Positions 1 through 8,549 of a stretch of 64,000 bases of DNA are shown here, piece by piece; positions within the stretch are counted from its first letter, which is position 1, and the number at the start of each line of letters is the position of its first letter. Location: NCBI GenBank assembly GCA_963665735.1, contig OY762444.1, positions 1,867,547-1,931,546 of the forward strand, written 5' to 3'. Position numbers and translations under genes: made by a program. This DNA is from Dehalococcoidia bacterium. GTDB taxonomy: Bacteria; Chloroflexota; Dehalococcoidia; Lucifugimonadales; UBA3495. The notes beneath the pieces were generated by a model. That model was not told the origin of the DNA and ran no database searches. It worked only from the letters and a program-made list of their open reading frames with translations.

Positions 1-1574
1 AACTGCACACTGTAGCCGGTGATGGCCGGCTTGCCGGTCATGTTCGGGACCGTCCAGGACAGGTCAACGGAGCCTTTGGGATTTGACGGGGTGAGGGCAA
101 GGGTGAGGACCGGCTTCGCCGGCGGTTCGTTCACGTCGGTGACGTTGATGGTGATGGTAACATCAGCGGATTCACCGCCATTGCCGTCGCTGGCCATCGT
201 CGTCACGGTGTACGATGTCTTGGTCTCGTAGTCCAGTTCAGTCCCGCTCTTGACCGTAATCTGGCCGGTGCTCGAGTTGATTTCGAACTTGTTGCCGTCG
301 GTCCCGCCCAAGGGGATGTAGGTCAGGGTATCGCCGTCGGGGTCGGTGGCGGTTATCGGAGCGCCGACGTTGGTTCCCCCAGACGAGTGCTCGGCGATGC
401 TGCGGGTGGCGGTGGCTGCCGGGAAGGTGGGGGCCCGGTTGCCCTGGGCGGTGGTTTGCGATGCCTCGTCGGACCAGGCGCTCCAGCCTTCGACGTTGTA
501 CGACCGCGCTTTGATGTAGTAAGTGGTGTTGGCGGTCAGTGAGTCAATGGTTGCGGTGGTGGCAGTAATCTCCTTGTGGGGAATGTTCCAGGAGTTTTTG
601 TCATGCGTCCAAATCACCTGGTACTTGTCGGCGCTGCCGTTGCCGGGCGTCAGGGTAACGTCTATCTTGCTGCTGGGGGTAGTGGAGTTTTGAGACGCGC
701 TGATGGTGGGCTTTCCGGGGGCGGTTACGTCGGTCACGTTGATGGTGACGGTGGCCGTTACGTTGTCAAAGCCGTCATCCGCGTTCACATAGACGCTGTA
801 CGAAGTCTTGGTTTCGTAGTCCAGGGTCGTGCCGCTCTTCAAGGAAATCTGTTGGTTGCTGCTGTTGAAGTCGAACTTGCCGGCGTCGGTTCCGCCGAAG
901 GTGTAGGTCAGGGTGTCGCCGTCGGGGTCGGAGGCGCTCACCGGGGAGCCGACGTTGGTTCCCGCCGGCGAGTTCTCGGCGATGCTGCGGGTCTGACTGG
1001 CGCCGCCGGAGAAACTGGGAGACTGGTTGACGCCGCCAAACGGAGAGACGGATTCGGGGGCCGGGTCAGCGAAGGGGGATTGGAAGGCGGCCGGGCCGGA
1101 GATGGCCGCGCTGATGAAGGGGGAGGGGAGAGCGTCGAGGACTTCCAGGGTGGCGACGTAGGCAGTTCCGGCTGCGTAGTCCAGGGCCGGGCTGTCATTG
1201 GTGGGAACCCCATTGTTGTTGACGTTGATGTCGCCGGGGTTGGCGTCGCCGTCGTCACCGAACGGGCTGACCGCCGGGGCCAGGGTCAGGTTGCCGGCGG
1301 CGTCGGAGGCGGCCAACGGAATGTGGAAAACCGACACGCCGTTGAAGCCGATTTCGGAAACCAGGTTCGGGGCGGCATCGCCGTCGTCGCTGAGCAGGCC
1401 GGCGGCCGGCGCCAGAATTGGGTTGTCCTCGGCGTGGAGGGTTCCGGCGGCGTGGAAGGCGGCCAAGGCCAGGAACCCGGCCAGGACGGCCACGACCAGG
1501 AACGCGGGCATCCGGGAGTAGCTGCCAAGACCCGAAACAACGGTTTTGCGGTTAAAGACTTGTTTCTTGTACAT
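1..1574 (-). CDS. Surface protein with alternating cadherin-like and fibronectin-III-like repeats and an N-terminal hydrophobic anchor; 3' end runs off the window
   Basis: Absent from the ORF track because it is open at the window edge. My translation of the minus strand from ATG 1574..1572 gives MYKKQVFNRKTVVSGLGSYSRMPAFLVVAVLAGFLALAAF. It then shows two copies of SIAE(N/H)S..GTNVG.P..A.DPDGDTLTY..GGTD..KF......Q.I..KSGT.LDYETKTSY (cadherin-repeat pattern), separated by an FN3-like module (KYQVIWTHD...YYIKARSYNVEGWSAWS). The + ORF 576..1610 is its GC-rich shadow. Confidence 0.85.
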   Translation of the reverse strand, partial: MYKKQVFNRKTVVSGLGSYSRMPAFLVVAVLAGFLALAAFHAAGTLHAEDNPILAPAAGLLSDDGDAAPNLVSEIGFNGVSVFHIPLAASDAAGNLTLAPAVSPFGDDGDANPGDINVNNNGVPTNDSPALDYAAGTAYVATLEVLDALPSPFISAAISGPAAFQSPFADPAPESVSPFGGVNQSPSFSGGASQTRSIAENSPAGTNVGSPVSASDPDGDTLTYTFGGTDAGKFDFNSSNQQISLKSGTTLDYETKTSYSVYVNADDGFDNVTATVTINVTDVTAPGKPTISASQNSTTPSSKIDVTLTPGNGSADKYQVIWTHDKNSWNIPHKEITATTATIDSLTANTTYYIKARSYNVEGWSAWSDEASQTTAQGNRAPTFPAATATRSIAEHSSGGTNVGAPITATDPDGDTLTYIPLGGTDGNKFEINSSTGQITVKSGTELDYETKTSYTVTTMASDGNGGESADVTITINVTDVNEPPAKPVLTLALTPSNPKGSVDLSWTVPNMTGKPAITGYSVQ

Positions 1575-1985
1575 TTGGCTTATCATCCTTCCACTGGCAT
1601 AAGGGTTTAGTGGATAACGGTTCACGGGTGATATTATGCGCTCCAAAGATGGTTGTCAAGTATAAGATTTATTTGTCCTACAATCAGATAGTTAAACTTA
1701 TTAACCATTCAACATACAGCTTGGTAATCAATACAACCGTGAATGATTCACAGGTAATTGGCTGTTTTAACGCACAAATGGCCCGTAAAACAGTTCGGAT
1801 GATAAGCGTTTCCCGGTTCAACCGATTAACGGTTCAACGGCGCGTCGGCCCAAAATGCCAGGGCCAGAGCTTACCGAATCAACGAAATTGCCGGCCAATT
1901 TCCCCAATTGCCGGGAAAAAGGCCGGCAATCGCCGGGAAAAGCCGGCCAATTCCCGGCAATTCCGGGACATTCCCGGCCCGATGC

Positions 1986-2165
1986 AGGCTAACCCCCTCC
2001 CCAACCCTCCCCCTGGCAGGGGGCGGGGTTTTTCTTTCCAGCCAAGAATTCACCCGTCCCACACCGTCATTCCCGCGAAAGCGGGAATCCAGAGGGCTGG
2101 GCGTAGAGCAGCTTTCCTGAAGGCAAGGATTCCTGGATTCCGGCCTACGCCGGAATGACGGTAGA
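1986..2165. repeat. Intergenic repeat mosaic: CCCTCCCCC-loop-GGGGGAGGG hairpin (family 1) plus two GTCATTCC(C/G)GCG..CGC(G/C)GGAATGAC hairpins (family 2)
   Basis: Family 1 hairpin lies at about 2005..2028 and is followed by a T run. Family 2 copies lie at 2066..2090 and 2135..2159. The same motifs recur in most intergenic spacers of the window. Confidence 0.8.
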
Positions 2166-2272
2166 GGGCGGGCCATTGAAGGCAAATCGGGGATGATGTC
2201 GCCGGGGTTGCTTTATGGCCGGGCTGTGCTATGTTGTGTGCCAAACCGGATTATGTTGGGAGAGCAGGAAGA

Positions 2273-3616
2273 ATGAACGCAACGGAAGCGCTGGCCCAGT
2301 TTATCGTGGATACCAGGTATGACCGGCTGCCGGCCGAGACGGTGGACGCGGCCAAGGTCGCCATCCTGGACGGGGTGGCCAACGTACTGGCCGGCTCGAC
2401 GCAGGAATTGGCGGACATCATCGGCGAATATACCCGCCGGCAGGGGGGAACGCCGGATTGCAGCGTCGTCGGTTGGGGATTCAAGACCAACGCGCCGGCG
2501 GCGGCCTTCGCCAACGGGGTCTTCGGGCATTGCCTGGACTACGAAATCCAGGGGTTCCCGCCGACGCATGGCACGTCGTCCTGCCTGCCCTCGGCCCTGG
2601 CCCTGGGGGAAACCCGCGGCGTCTCCGGGCGGACAATCATCGAAGCCTACGTTTTGGGCTGGGAAATCCAGGGCCGACTGCGGGCGGCATCGGCGGCGGC
2701 CTCCAACCCGGCCTTTCATCCGCCGGGGATGGTCGGCCCGCTGGGAGGCGCGGCGGCCAGCGCCAAGACCCTGGGACTGGATACGCGCCAGACCCAGATG
2801 GCGTTGGGAATCGCCGCCTCGCGCACCGGGGGACTGACGGCCAACACCGGAACGATGGTCAAGGCGACGCATCCGGGCAACGCCGCCCGCATGGGCGCCG
2901 AGGCGGGGATTCTGGCGGAAATGGGTTACACCGCCAGCGACGCCGCCCTGGAGTCCCCCAACGGCTTGGCCCAGGCTCTTTTCCAGGGCAACGTGGATTG
3001 GGACGTGCTGACCGGCGGGTTGGGAGATTCCTACCGGCTGGTTAACCCCGGTTACGACATCAAGCGGTTTCCGGCCCAGGTGTATATGCAGAACCCCATC
3101 GAGGCGGTGCTCAACCTGCGGCGCAACCACGGGCTGGAGGCGGACATGGTGGAACGGCTGACCATCCACCGCCGGGGCCGGGGACATTCGGGGCCAATCC
3201 CCCGCAGCGGCCTGGACGGCAAGTTCAGCGTGGAATACTGCGCGGCGGCGGCGCTGCTGGACGGGAGGGTGGTCATTGACACCTTCACCGATGAACGCCG
3301 GTTTGCGCCGGACATGGAGGAAACTCTGGCGAAGATTGCCGTTGACCCTGACGCGCCGGATACCGGCGTGGTGCGGGTGACGGCCCGGTTGAAGGACGGG
3401 CGGGAAGTCAGCGACGAATGTCAGGGTTTCAAGGGTTCCGCCGGCAATCCCATGACCCGCGAGGAACGGATGGAAAAGGTCTGGGACTGCATTGGCCGGG
3501 CGATGCCGCAAGCGGACTGCCAGCGGGCCTTAGAAATGCTGGAGGGTTTGGAGGATGTGGAGAACATCGCCGAGTTGATGGGGATTCTGGGCCAGCCCAG
3601 CCCGGGGCGGGGGTAG
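2273..3616 (+). CDS. MmgE/PrpD family protein (paralogue 1 of 3)
   Basis: ORF 2231..3616 with the start trimmed to ATG 2273. MNATEALAQFIVDTRYDRLPAETVDAAKVAILDGVANVLAG is a canonical MmgE/PrpD N-terminus, and the length fits the family. Confidence 0.85.
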   Translation: MNATEALAQFIVDTRYDRLPAETVDAAKVAILDGVANVLAGSTQELADIIGEYTRRQGGTPDCSVVGWGFKTNAPAAAFANGVFGHCLDYEIQGFPPTHGTSSCLPSALALGETRGVSGRTIIEAYVLGWEIQGRLRAASAAASNPAFHPPGMVGPLGGAAASAKTLGLDTRQTQMALGIAASRTGGLTANTGTMVKATHPGNAARMGAEAGILAEMGYTASDAALESPNGLAQALFQGNVDWDVLTGGLGDSYRLVNPGYDIKRFPAQVYMQNPIEAVLNLRRNHGLEADMVERLTIHRRGRGHSGPIPRSGLDGKFSVEYCAAAALLDGRVVIDTFTDERRFAPDMEETLAKIAVDPDAPDTGVVRVTARLKDGREVSDECQGFKGSAGNPMTREERMEKVWDCIGRAMPQADCQRALEMLEGLEDVENIAELMGILGQPSPGRG

Positions 3617-3630
3617 GGGGTTAACGTCTC

Positions 3631-3648
3631 TTCCTTATATATAAGGAA
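3631..3648. promoter_or_regulatory. Perfect 18-bp palindrome TTCCTTATATATAAGGAA (candidate operator or hairpin)
   Basis: Read directly from the sequence. It lies between the stop of the PrpD-family gene (3616) and the start of the Mo-oxidoreductase gene (3745). It does not belong to the window's repeat families. Confidence 0.35.
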
Positions 3649-3744
3649 TAAAGGGAGTGCGCTTCGGGCTTGGCATGAAGGGGTTTGCGTTTGGATGGGC
3701 CGGGCGATAGCGAACGGCTTTGGCCGTTGGCGCAGTCTCGCGGT

Positions 3745-4929
3745 ATGGAACGTCGCCGTTTCCTCCAGTTGATGCTGGCCGGCGGCGCGGCGGCGGCCTT
3801 GGCTGCCTGCGTTGACAACCCCATCGCCACGCCCGAAGGTAACGCCACGCCGACCGGGGATTCGCCGGGGGCTGTGTCCTGGTACAAAGACCCGTCGCCC
3901 TTCATCGTCCACGGCGAAAAGAGCCTGGAGGCCCGGCTGGAAAATATGCAGGGCCTGGTTACGCCCAACAAGTTCTTTTTCGTCCGCAACAACTCCGGCA
4001 GCCTGGCCTTGGATGCGTCAACCTGGCGGCTGCACGTTGAGGGCGACGCCGTTGCCAACCCCATGACGTTGACCTACGACGAAATCCGGCGGCTGCCCAG
4101 CCGGGCCTTGGTCGCCTACCTGGAGTGCGCCGGCAACCACCGGGCCATGTTCGACCTGGTGCAGGGGCGAGAGGCGGAAGGAACCCAGTGGATGACCGGC
4201 GGCGTCGGCAACGGCGAATGGGTCGGCGTGGAACTGCGCGACGTGTTGACCCTGGCCGGCATCCAGGACAATGCGGTTAGCGTGCTGCTGGTGGGGTTGG
4301 ATACCGAATCGCCGGAAGGGGGTTTCCGCCGGGTGATTCCGGCGGAAAAGGCGATGCACCCGGATACGTTGCTGGCCTACGGCCTGAACGGGGAGGAACT
4401 GCCCCGGGATCATGGCTACCCGTTGCGCGCGCTGGCGCCGGGCTGGGTGGGCAGTTCCAGCGTCAAGTGGCTGGGGCGCATCGTGGTGTCCTCGCAGCTG
4501 CTTTGGACCCGCAACAACACCACGTCCTACGTGCTTATCGGGGAGGACTACCCGCCGGAAGGAGAGGCCAACGGACAGGTGGCGGAGGAGCAGAGCATCA
4601 AGAGCGCGCTGGCCCTGCCCTGGCCGGCCCAACTGCCGGCCGGAAGTAATCGCATCTACGGCTATGCCCATTCCCCGGCGGGGCCGATAACCCGCGTGGA
4701 GTGGAGCCTGGACAGGGGCGCAACCTGGCAGGATGCGGAACTGGCCGGCCCGCAGATGCAACATTCATGGGCGCGGTTTCAATTCCTGTGGGACGCCGAG
4801 CCTGGGGAGCGAGTGCTAATGACCAGGGCCACCGACGCCGCCGGCAACACCCAGCCGGCAACCGTTCCCTTCAACGCCAAGGGCTACCTCTTCAACCAGC
4901 CCCTGCCCCACCCGGTCAGGGTGGTTTAG
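3745..4929 (+). CDS. Molybdopterin-dependent oxidoreductase, sulfite-oxidase/SorA-like, probable Tat-exported lipoprotein
   Basis: ORF 3685..4929 trimmed to ATG 3745. MERRRFLQLMLAGGAAAALAAC shows a twin-arginine motif and an LAAC lipobox. YLECAGNHR is the Mo-ligand cysteine motif. Confidence 0.8.
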   Translation: MERRRFLQLMLAGGAAAALAACVDNPIATPEGNATPTGDSPGAVSWYKDPSPFIVHGEKSLEARLENMQGLVTPNKFFFVRNNSGSLALDASTWRLHVEGDAVANPMTLTYDEIRRLPSRALVAYLECAGNHRAMFDLVQGREAEGTQWMTGGVGNGEWVGVELRDVLTLAGIQDNAVSVLLVGLDTESPEGGFRRVIPAEKAMHPDTLLAYGLNGEELPRDHGYPLRALAPGWVGSSSVKWLGRIVVSSQLLWTRNNTTSYVLIGEDYPPEGEANGQVAEEQSIKSALALPWPAQLPAGSNRIYGYAHSPAGPITRVEWSLDRGATWQDAELAGPQMQHSWARFQFLWDAEPGERVLMTRATDAAGNTQPATVPFNAKGYLFNQPLPHPVRVV

Positions 4930-5309
4930 GGCGGGGCGGTTTCCGCGGGTTGTATCACCACACGCCCACCTTCCATTACTTCCACGTAGAGGCTGTAGCT
5001 TTCCATGAGGGCCATGCCCAGCAAAGGCGCGACGCCTATTGCGTCAAGCTCAATGAATCGTGGGTTGCCGTCCCAGACCACCGTCGCACCGTAAACGTCA
5101 TAGGCAACCGACGTACCGTCAGCCAGGGCCGACCGACTGCGGGTTACAAAGGGCAACTCTAACTCAGCCACCAGTTCCGGCGACAGGGTCAGATTTCCGC
5201 TATACCCCGTGTCTATAATGGCTTCTATTTCCCGTTCCCGACCCTCATGGTCTCTTACCTGGATGGTCACCACCGCCTCAAAAAAGCCGTTCACCAAGCC
5301 CTCAATCAC
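4926..5309 (-). CDS. Retropepsin-like (clan AA) aspartic protease
   Basis: IEAIIDTGYSGNLTL carries the DTG active site. I set the start to GTG 5309 (MIEGLVNGFFEAVV...), which forms a GTGA start/stop overlap with the upstream ORF. The ORF-track start 5366 remains possible. Confidence 0.7.
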   Translation of the reverse strand: MIEGLVNGFFEAVVTIQVRDHEGREREIEAIIDTGYSGNLTLSPELVAELELPFVTRSRSALADGTSVAYDVYGATVVWDGNPRFIELDAIGVAPLLGMALMESYSLYVEVMEGGRVVIQPAETAPP

Positions 5310-5572
5310 TTGGCTCTCCAAAGGGAACTGCCCCCGAAAGTGCGCAGCGTCGGGTGTCCCACCCACACCAACCAGGAATCGGCGTCCGGGCGTCGAGCGC
5401 GTAAGCGTTCCGCGGCGGCAAGGACGCTGTCGCCGATGGCGTAGTCGCCACTGTCCACGTCAATGGCGACAAACTTGCCGTGATAATCCGCCTCAACCAG
5501 GGGGCGGATGTCCCTGTCGTATATTTCATCGCCGAGGCGTCCGGTTTCTTCCGGGGAACGGCGCAGCGTCAT
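5306..5572 (-). CDS. Small protein of unknown function, translationally coupled to the aspartic protease
   Basis: 88-aa ORF (…DYHGKFVAIDVDSGDYAIGDSVLAAAERLRARRP…). Its TGA overlaps the GTG of the protease gene. I do not confidently recognise a family. Confidence 0.5.
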   Translation of the reverse strand: MTLRRSPEETGRLGDEIYDRDIRPLVEADYHGKFVAIDVDSGDYAIGDSVLAAAERLRARRPDADSWLVWVGHPTLRTFGGSSLWRAK

Positions 5573-5654
5573 GGCGACCTCCCAGCTCCTTAAAGTTCTC
5601 TTCTAATGTGCAGGTGCTTACGATTGTTGTTTGTGGCTACAGATGGAGGCTGCG

Positions 5655-5765
5655 ACCCCCACCCTAACCCTCCCCCTGGCCAGGGGGAGGGGATTTTTTG
5701 GCGTCCTTAGACGCTTCGGCAAGCAGGAGAAGGGGCTAGATTCCCGCTTTCGCGGGAATGACGGT
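5655..5765. repeat. Intergenic repeat mosaic (family 1 hairpin 5668..5692 + T run; family 2 hairpin 5739..5764)
   Basis: Direct reading. The consensus motifs are the same as elsewhere in the window. Confidence 0.8.
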
Positions 5766-5795
5766 GGGTGACTTGCCGTTGTCACCCACTCATTT

Positions 5796-6350
5796 TTACA
5801 CGGGCAGTTTCGGTTCGTCGCCGTCGGGGGTGTCTATCTGGAAGGAGTTGGCGTTGAAGGCCAGGGTGGTGTAGTAGCCCATCAGGGTGGTCAGTTCGGT
5901 CAGGCCCAGGGCGCCGAACTGGTCCAGGGCGGCCTGGAATGTCTCATCGCTGACCTTGTGGTCGCGGAAAAGCTCGGTGACGTAGTTGACCACGGTTTGC
6001 TCGTCGTCGGGCAGTTGGGGCAGCGGCCGGCCGTCGCGCAGGTTGTCAATGAACTCGTCGCTGATGCCCTGCTCCCGGGAGCGGGCGGCGTGGGCGTGCC
6101 AGATATACTGGCAGTCCATGGTGCGGGCGGTCAGAATCATGGTCAATTCCTGCAACTTCTTGGGCAGGGAGGACTCGTCCCGCAGGTAGTTGACCAGGCT
6201 GTTGGCCCGGCGGCGCATTTCGGGGCTGTTAATCATCACCGAACCGGGGCCGGCGGTGACAACGCCGCCGGTGTTGGCGGTTTCGTGGTCAAAGGCATCG
6301 CGCAGGTTTTCGGGAACCATGTCTCGCGTGACGTCGGGGGTTCGGGGCAT
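5796..6350 (-). CDS. Carboxymuconolactone decarboxylase (AhpD-like) family protein
   Basis: ORF 5796..6521 trimmed to ATG 6350 (MPRTPDVTRDMVPENLRDAFDH...). The LTARTMDCQYIWHAHAA core is typical of the CMD family. Confidence 0.75.
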   Translation of the reverse strand: MPRTPDVTRDMVPENLRDAFDHETANTGGVVTAGPGSVMINSPEMRRRANSLVNYLRDESSLPKKLQELTMILTARTMDCQYIWHAHAARSREQGISDEFIDNLRDGRPLPQLPDDEQTVVNYVTELFRDHKVSDETFQAALDQFGALGLTELTTLMGYYTTLAFNANSFQIDTPDGDEPKLPV

Positions 6351-6514
6351 GGGTCGCCTCCTTATAGTAATGTTTTCCAGGACGGGGTTTGTCCGGCGGG
6401 ACAAGGGCATGATAGCCGGCGGGGTGGATGGTGGCAACCGTGACCGGCGGCGGTATTCATTGGGGAGATTCCATAATAGAATAGGCGGGCGATTTTTTGA
6501 CCGGGAGAAGGGCG

Positions 6515-7472
6515 ATGGCAACGGTGAATACGGTTCTGGGGCCGGTGGATACGGCGGACTTCGGGTTTACTTTGAGCCATGAGCACGTTGGAACCAATGC
6601 GGCGGGGCTGCGCCATACCTACCCCGAATTTATTGACCGGGAAGGCATTGTCGAGCAGTCCACGGCGGCGATGAAAGAGGTTTACGACGAGGCGGGGGTG
6701 CGGACGATTATAGACGTAAGCACGTTTGACCTGGGGCGCGACGTGGAGATGATACGGCGGGTGGCGGAAGGCAGCGGGATGCAGGTTGTGGCGGCCACCG
6801 GCAATCACCTGGCCGTGCCTCGGCCATTCGGCGACGTTTCGCCGGACGTAATCGCCGAGTTGTATGTCCGGGAAATTGAAGAGGGCATCGAAGGCACCGG
6901 CGTCAAGGCCGGCGTAATCAAGGTTGCCAGCGACCGGGGCGGCATTACCCCCCCCGCAAGAAGTGGTGTTGCGGGCGGCGGCCCGGACGCACAAGGCCAC
7001 CGGCGTCCCCATTTCCACCCATACCTGGTCGCCGGAGCGCATCGGGGAGCAGCAGGTAGCCATCCTGGAAGATGAAGGGGTTGACCTGAACCGGGTTTAC
7101 ATCGGCCACAGCAACGACGATACCGACCTGGACTACCTGCTGGGCCTGCTCAACAAAGGCGTCTGGCTGGGGCTGGACCGTTACCCCGGCGGGCTGGTGC
7201 CCGGCACGCCCGATTGGGAGCAGCGGACGGAGGTTGCCAAGCGGTTGATGGACGCCGGTTTTACCCATCGGATAATGCTTTCCCACGACTATTCGGTGCC
7301 CAAGGCGCGCCACGGGGCCGAAGTGCAGGAACAGCGGCGGCGGGCCAACCCGGACGGCTACAACTTCATTCCCCGCTACGTGCTGCCCCGGTTGAAAGAG
7401 TTTGGGGTCTCGGATAAAGACATCCGGCAGATAACGGTGGACAACCCCCGCCGTTTCTTTGAGGGGGCTTAG
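6515..7472 (+). pseudogene. Phosphotriesterase-family (PTE / lactonase-like) amidohydrolase with its reading frame broken in a C8 run
   Basis: ORFs 6497..7075 and 6924..7472 are the two halves of one PTE-family protein. The halves read MATVNTVLGPVDTADFGFTLSHEHV...GVIKVASDRGGITPP | QEVVLRAAARTHKATGVPISTHTW...LSHDY. The frames join if the C run 6948..6955 holds 7 rather than 8 C. Confidence 0.85.
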
Positions 7473-7522
7473 GCGGTTGGTGGGCGACGGGGGAACGCAA
7501 TGCAGAGTTTCTTGGCCGGGCT

Positions 7523-8053
7523 GTGAATTACCTCCTGGAAAACTGGGGCAGCCTGGTGGGCGCCTTTGGCTTGGCTTTTACCATCGCAGGGGTAGCCATA
7601 TCCTTTGCGGCGTTCCGGCGGGCCGGCAAGGCCAGGGACGCGGCCAGCGCAGCCGAGGCGGCCAGCAACGAAACGCGCTTGGCGATAACCAGCGTCCTAA
7701 CAACGGTGGACTTGGAGCGGGCGATAAATTTAGTGCAGCGAGTGAAGGAGTTGCACCGGGAAGGCCAATTGAGAGTCAGCCTGGCGTTGTATCCGACTCT
7801 CCGGGCCACGCTGGTTGACATTTTATCCAGGCACCCGGCGCTTACCCCGGAATTGAACCGGCAACTCCAGGAGTCTATACTCCGAGTGTCCCAGACGGAA
7901 AGGGAAATTACAACTGCGCTCCGTGGGGGCCCGGGCCCGGCGGTACTGGAATCAGTCAACGAGACACTGAACCAAGTCCAGGAACAATTGGAGATTTTGT
8001 CCGGTTCTATCAACCAATCGTGGGGGCAATCTTTCGGCGGGCCGAGCGAGTAG
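7523..8053 (+). CDS. Hypothetical membrane-anchored protein (one N-terminal TM helix, helical remainder)
   Basis: GTG-start ORF. It has the hydrophobic helix SLVGAFGLAFTIAGVAISFAAF followed by charged helical sequence. No family recognised. It is AT-richer by eye than its neighbours. Confidence 0.5.
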   Translation: MNYLLENWGSLVGAFGLAFTIAGVAISFAAFRRAGKARDAASAAEAASNETRLAITSVLTTVDLERAINLVQRVKELHREGQLRVSLALYPTLRATLVDILSRHPALTPELNRQLQESILRVSQTEREITTALRGGPGPAVLESVNETLNQVQEQLEILSGSINQSWGQSFGGPSE

Positions 8054-8058
8054 ATAAA

Positions 8059-8394
8059 ATGGTCGCAAGTGAAGAAGTCGTCAAGAAGTTAATCGAAAAA
8101 ACCAAACAAGAGAAGATTCGCTGGCTGAGTACGTCATCGGCCAATACCTTCATCGCGGTGGTGGGTCAATGGTCTCTGACCGTTTCGCTGCTGCTGGATT
8201 CATACGCCTACGCTAGTGTGCGCCTTCACATCGCGGACTGGAAAGCTCAACCCATCGAAGAGTTCAGCGCGCCGGCCCACGGGGATGCCCCCATGACCCC
8301 CTTGCTGTACGAACTTCACCAGACTGCGAAAAGCATGGCTCTGGGAAGCGCTACTCAACTGGACGACTTGATGGCGGAACTGGACCAGGTTTAG
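8059..8394 (+). CDS. Hypothetical protein
   Basis: ORF 8020..8394 trimmed to ATG 8059, which lies 5 nt after the upstream stop (operon-like). No family recognised. Confidence 0.45.
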   Translation: MVASEEVVKKLIEKTKQEKIRWLSTSSANTFIAVVGQWSLTVSLLLDSYAYASVRLHIADWKAQPIEEFSAPAHGDAPMTPLLYELHQTAKSMALGSATQLDDLMAELDQV

Positions 8395-8549
8395 CCGCCG
8401 GATGATTTTTGACCGGGCACATGATTCAGCCGGAAATCCCAATAATCAGCGCCGCTCCAAGGTGTAATGCCAAGTGGAATCCCGAATTTGTACCTCCCCT
8501 GAATATGGGTTGACTTGGCGAGCCAACAGCCGCCCGGCCCTGTAACCCC

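Noticed and set aside
2005-2037. Calling every family-1 hairpin + T-run an intrinsic terminator.
   Set aside because: Several copies (e.g. 2005..2037, 5668..5700) have the T-run on a strand with no upstream gene to terminate. Others lack a T-run on the relevant strand. Only some copies directly follow stop codons in the right orientation, so terminator function cannot be assumed for the family.
6924-7472. ORF 6924..7472 as an independent gene with its own (TTG) start.
   Set aside because: Its product begins in the middle of the phosphotriesterase fold and continues exactly where ORF 6497..7075 leaves the family alignment. I treat it as the 3' half of one frameshifted gene.
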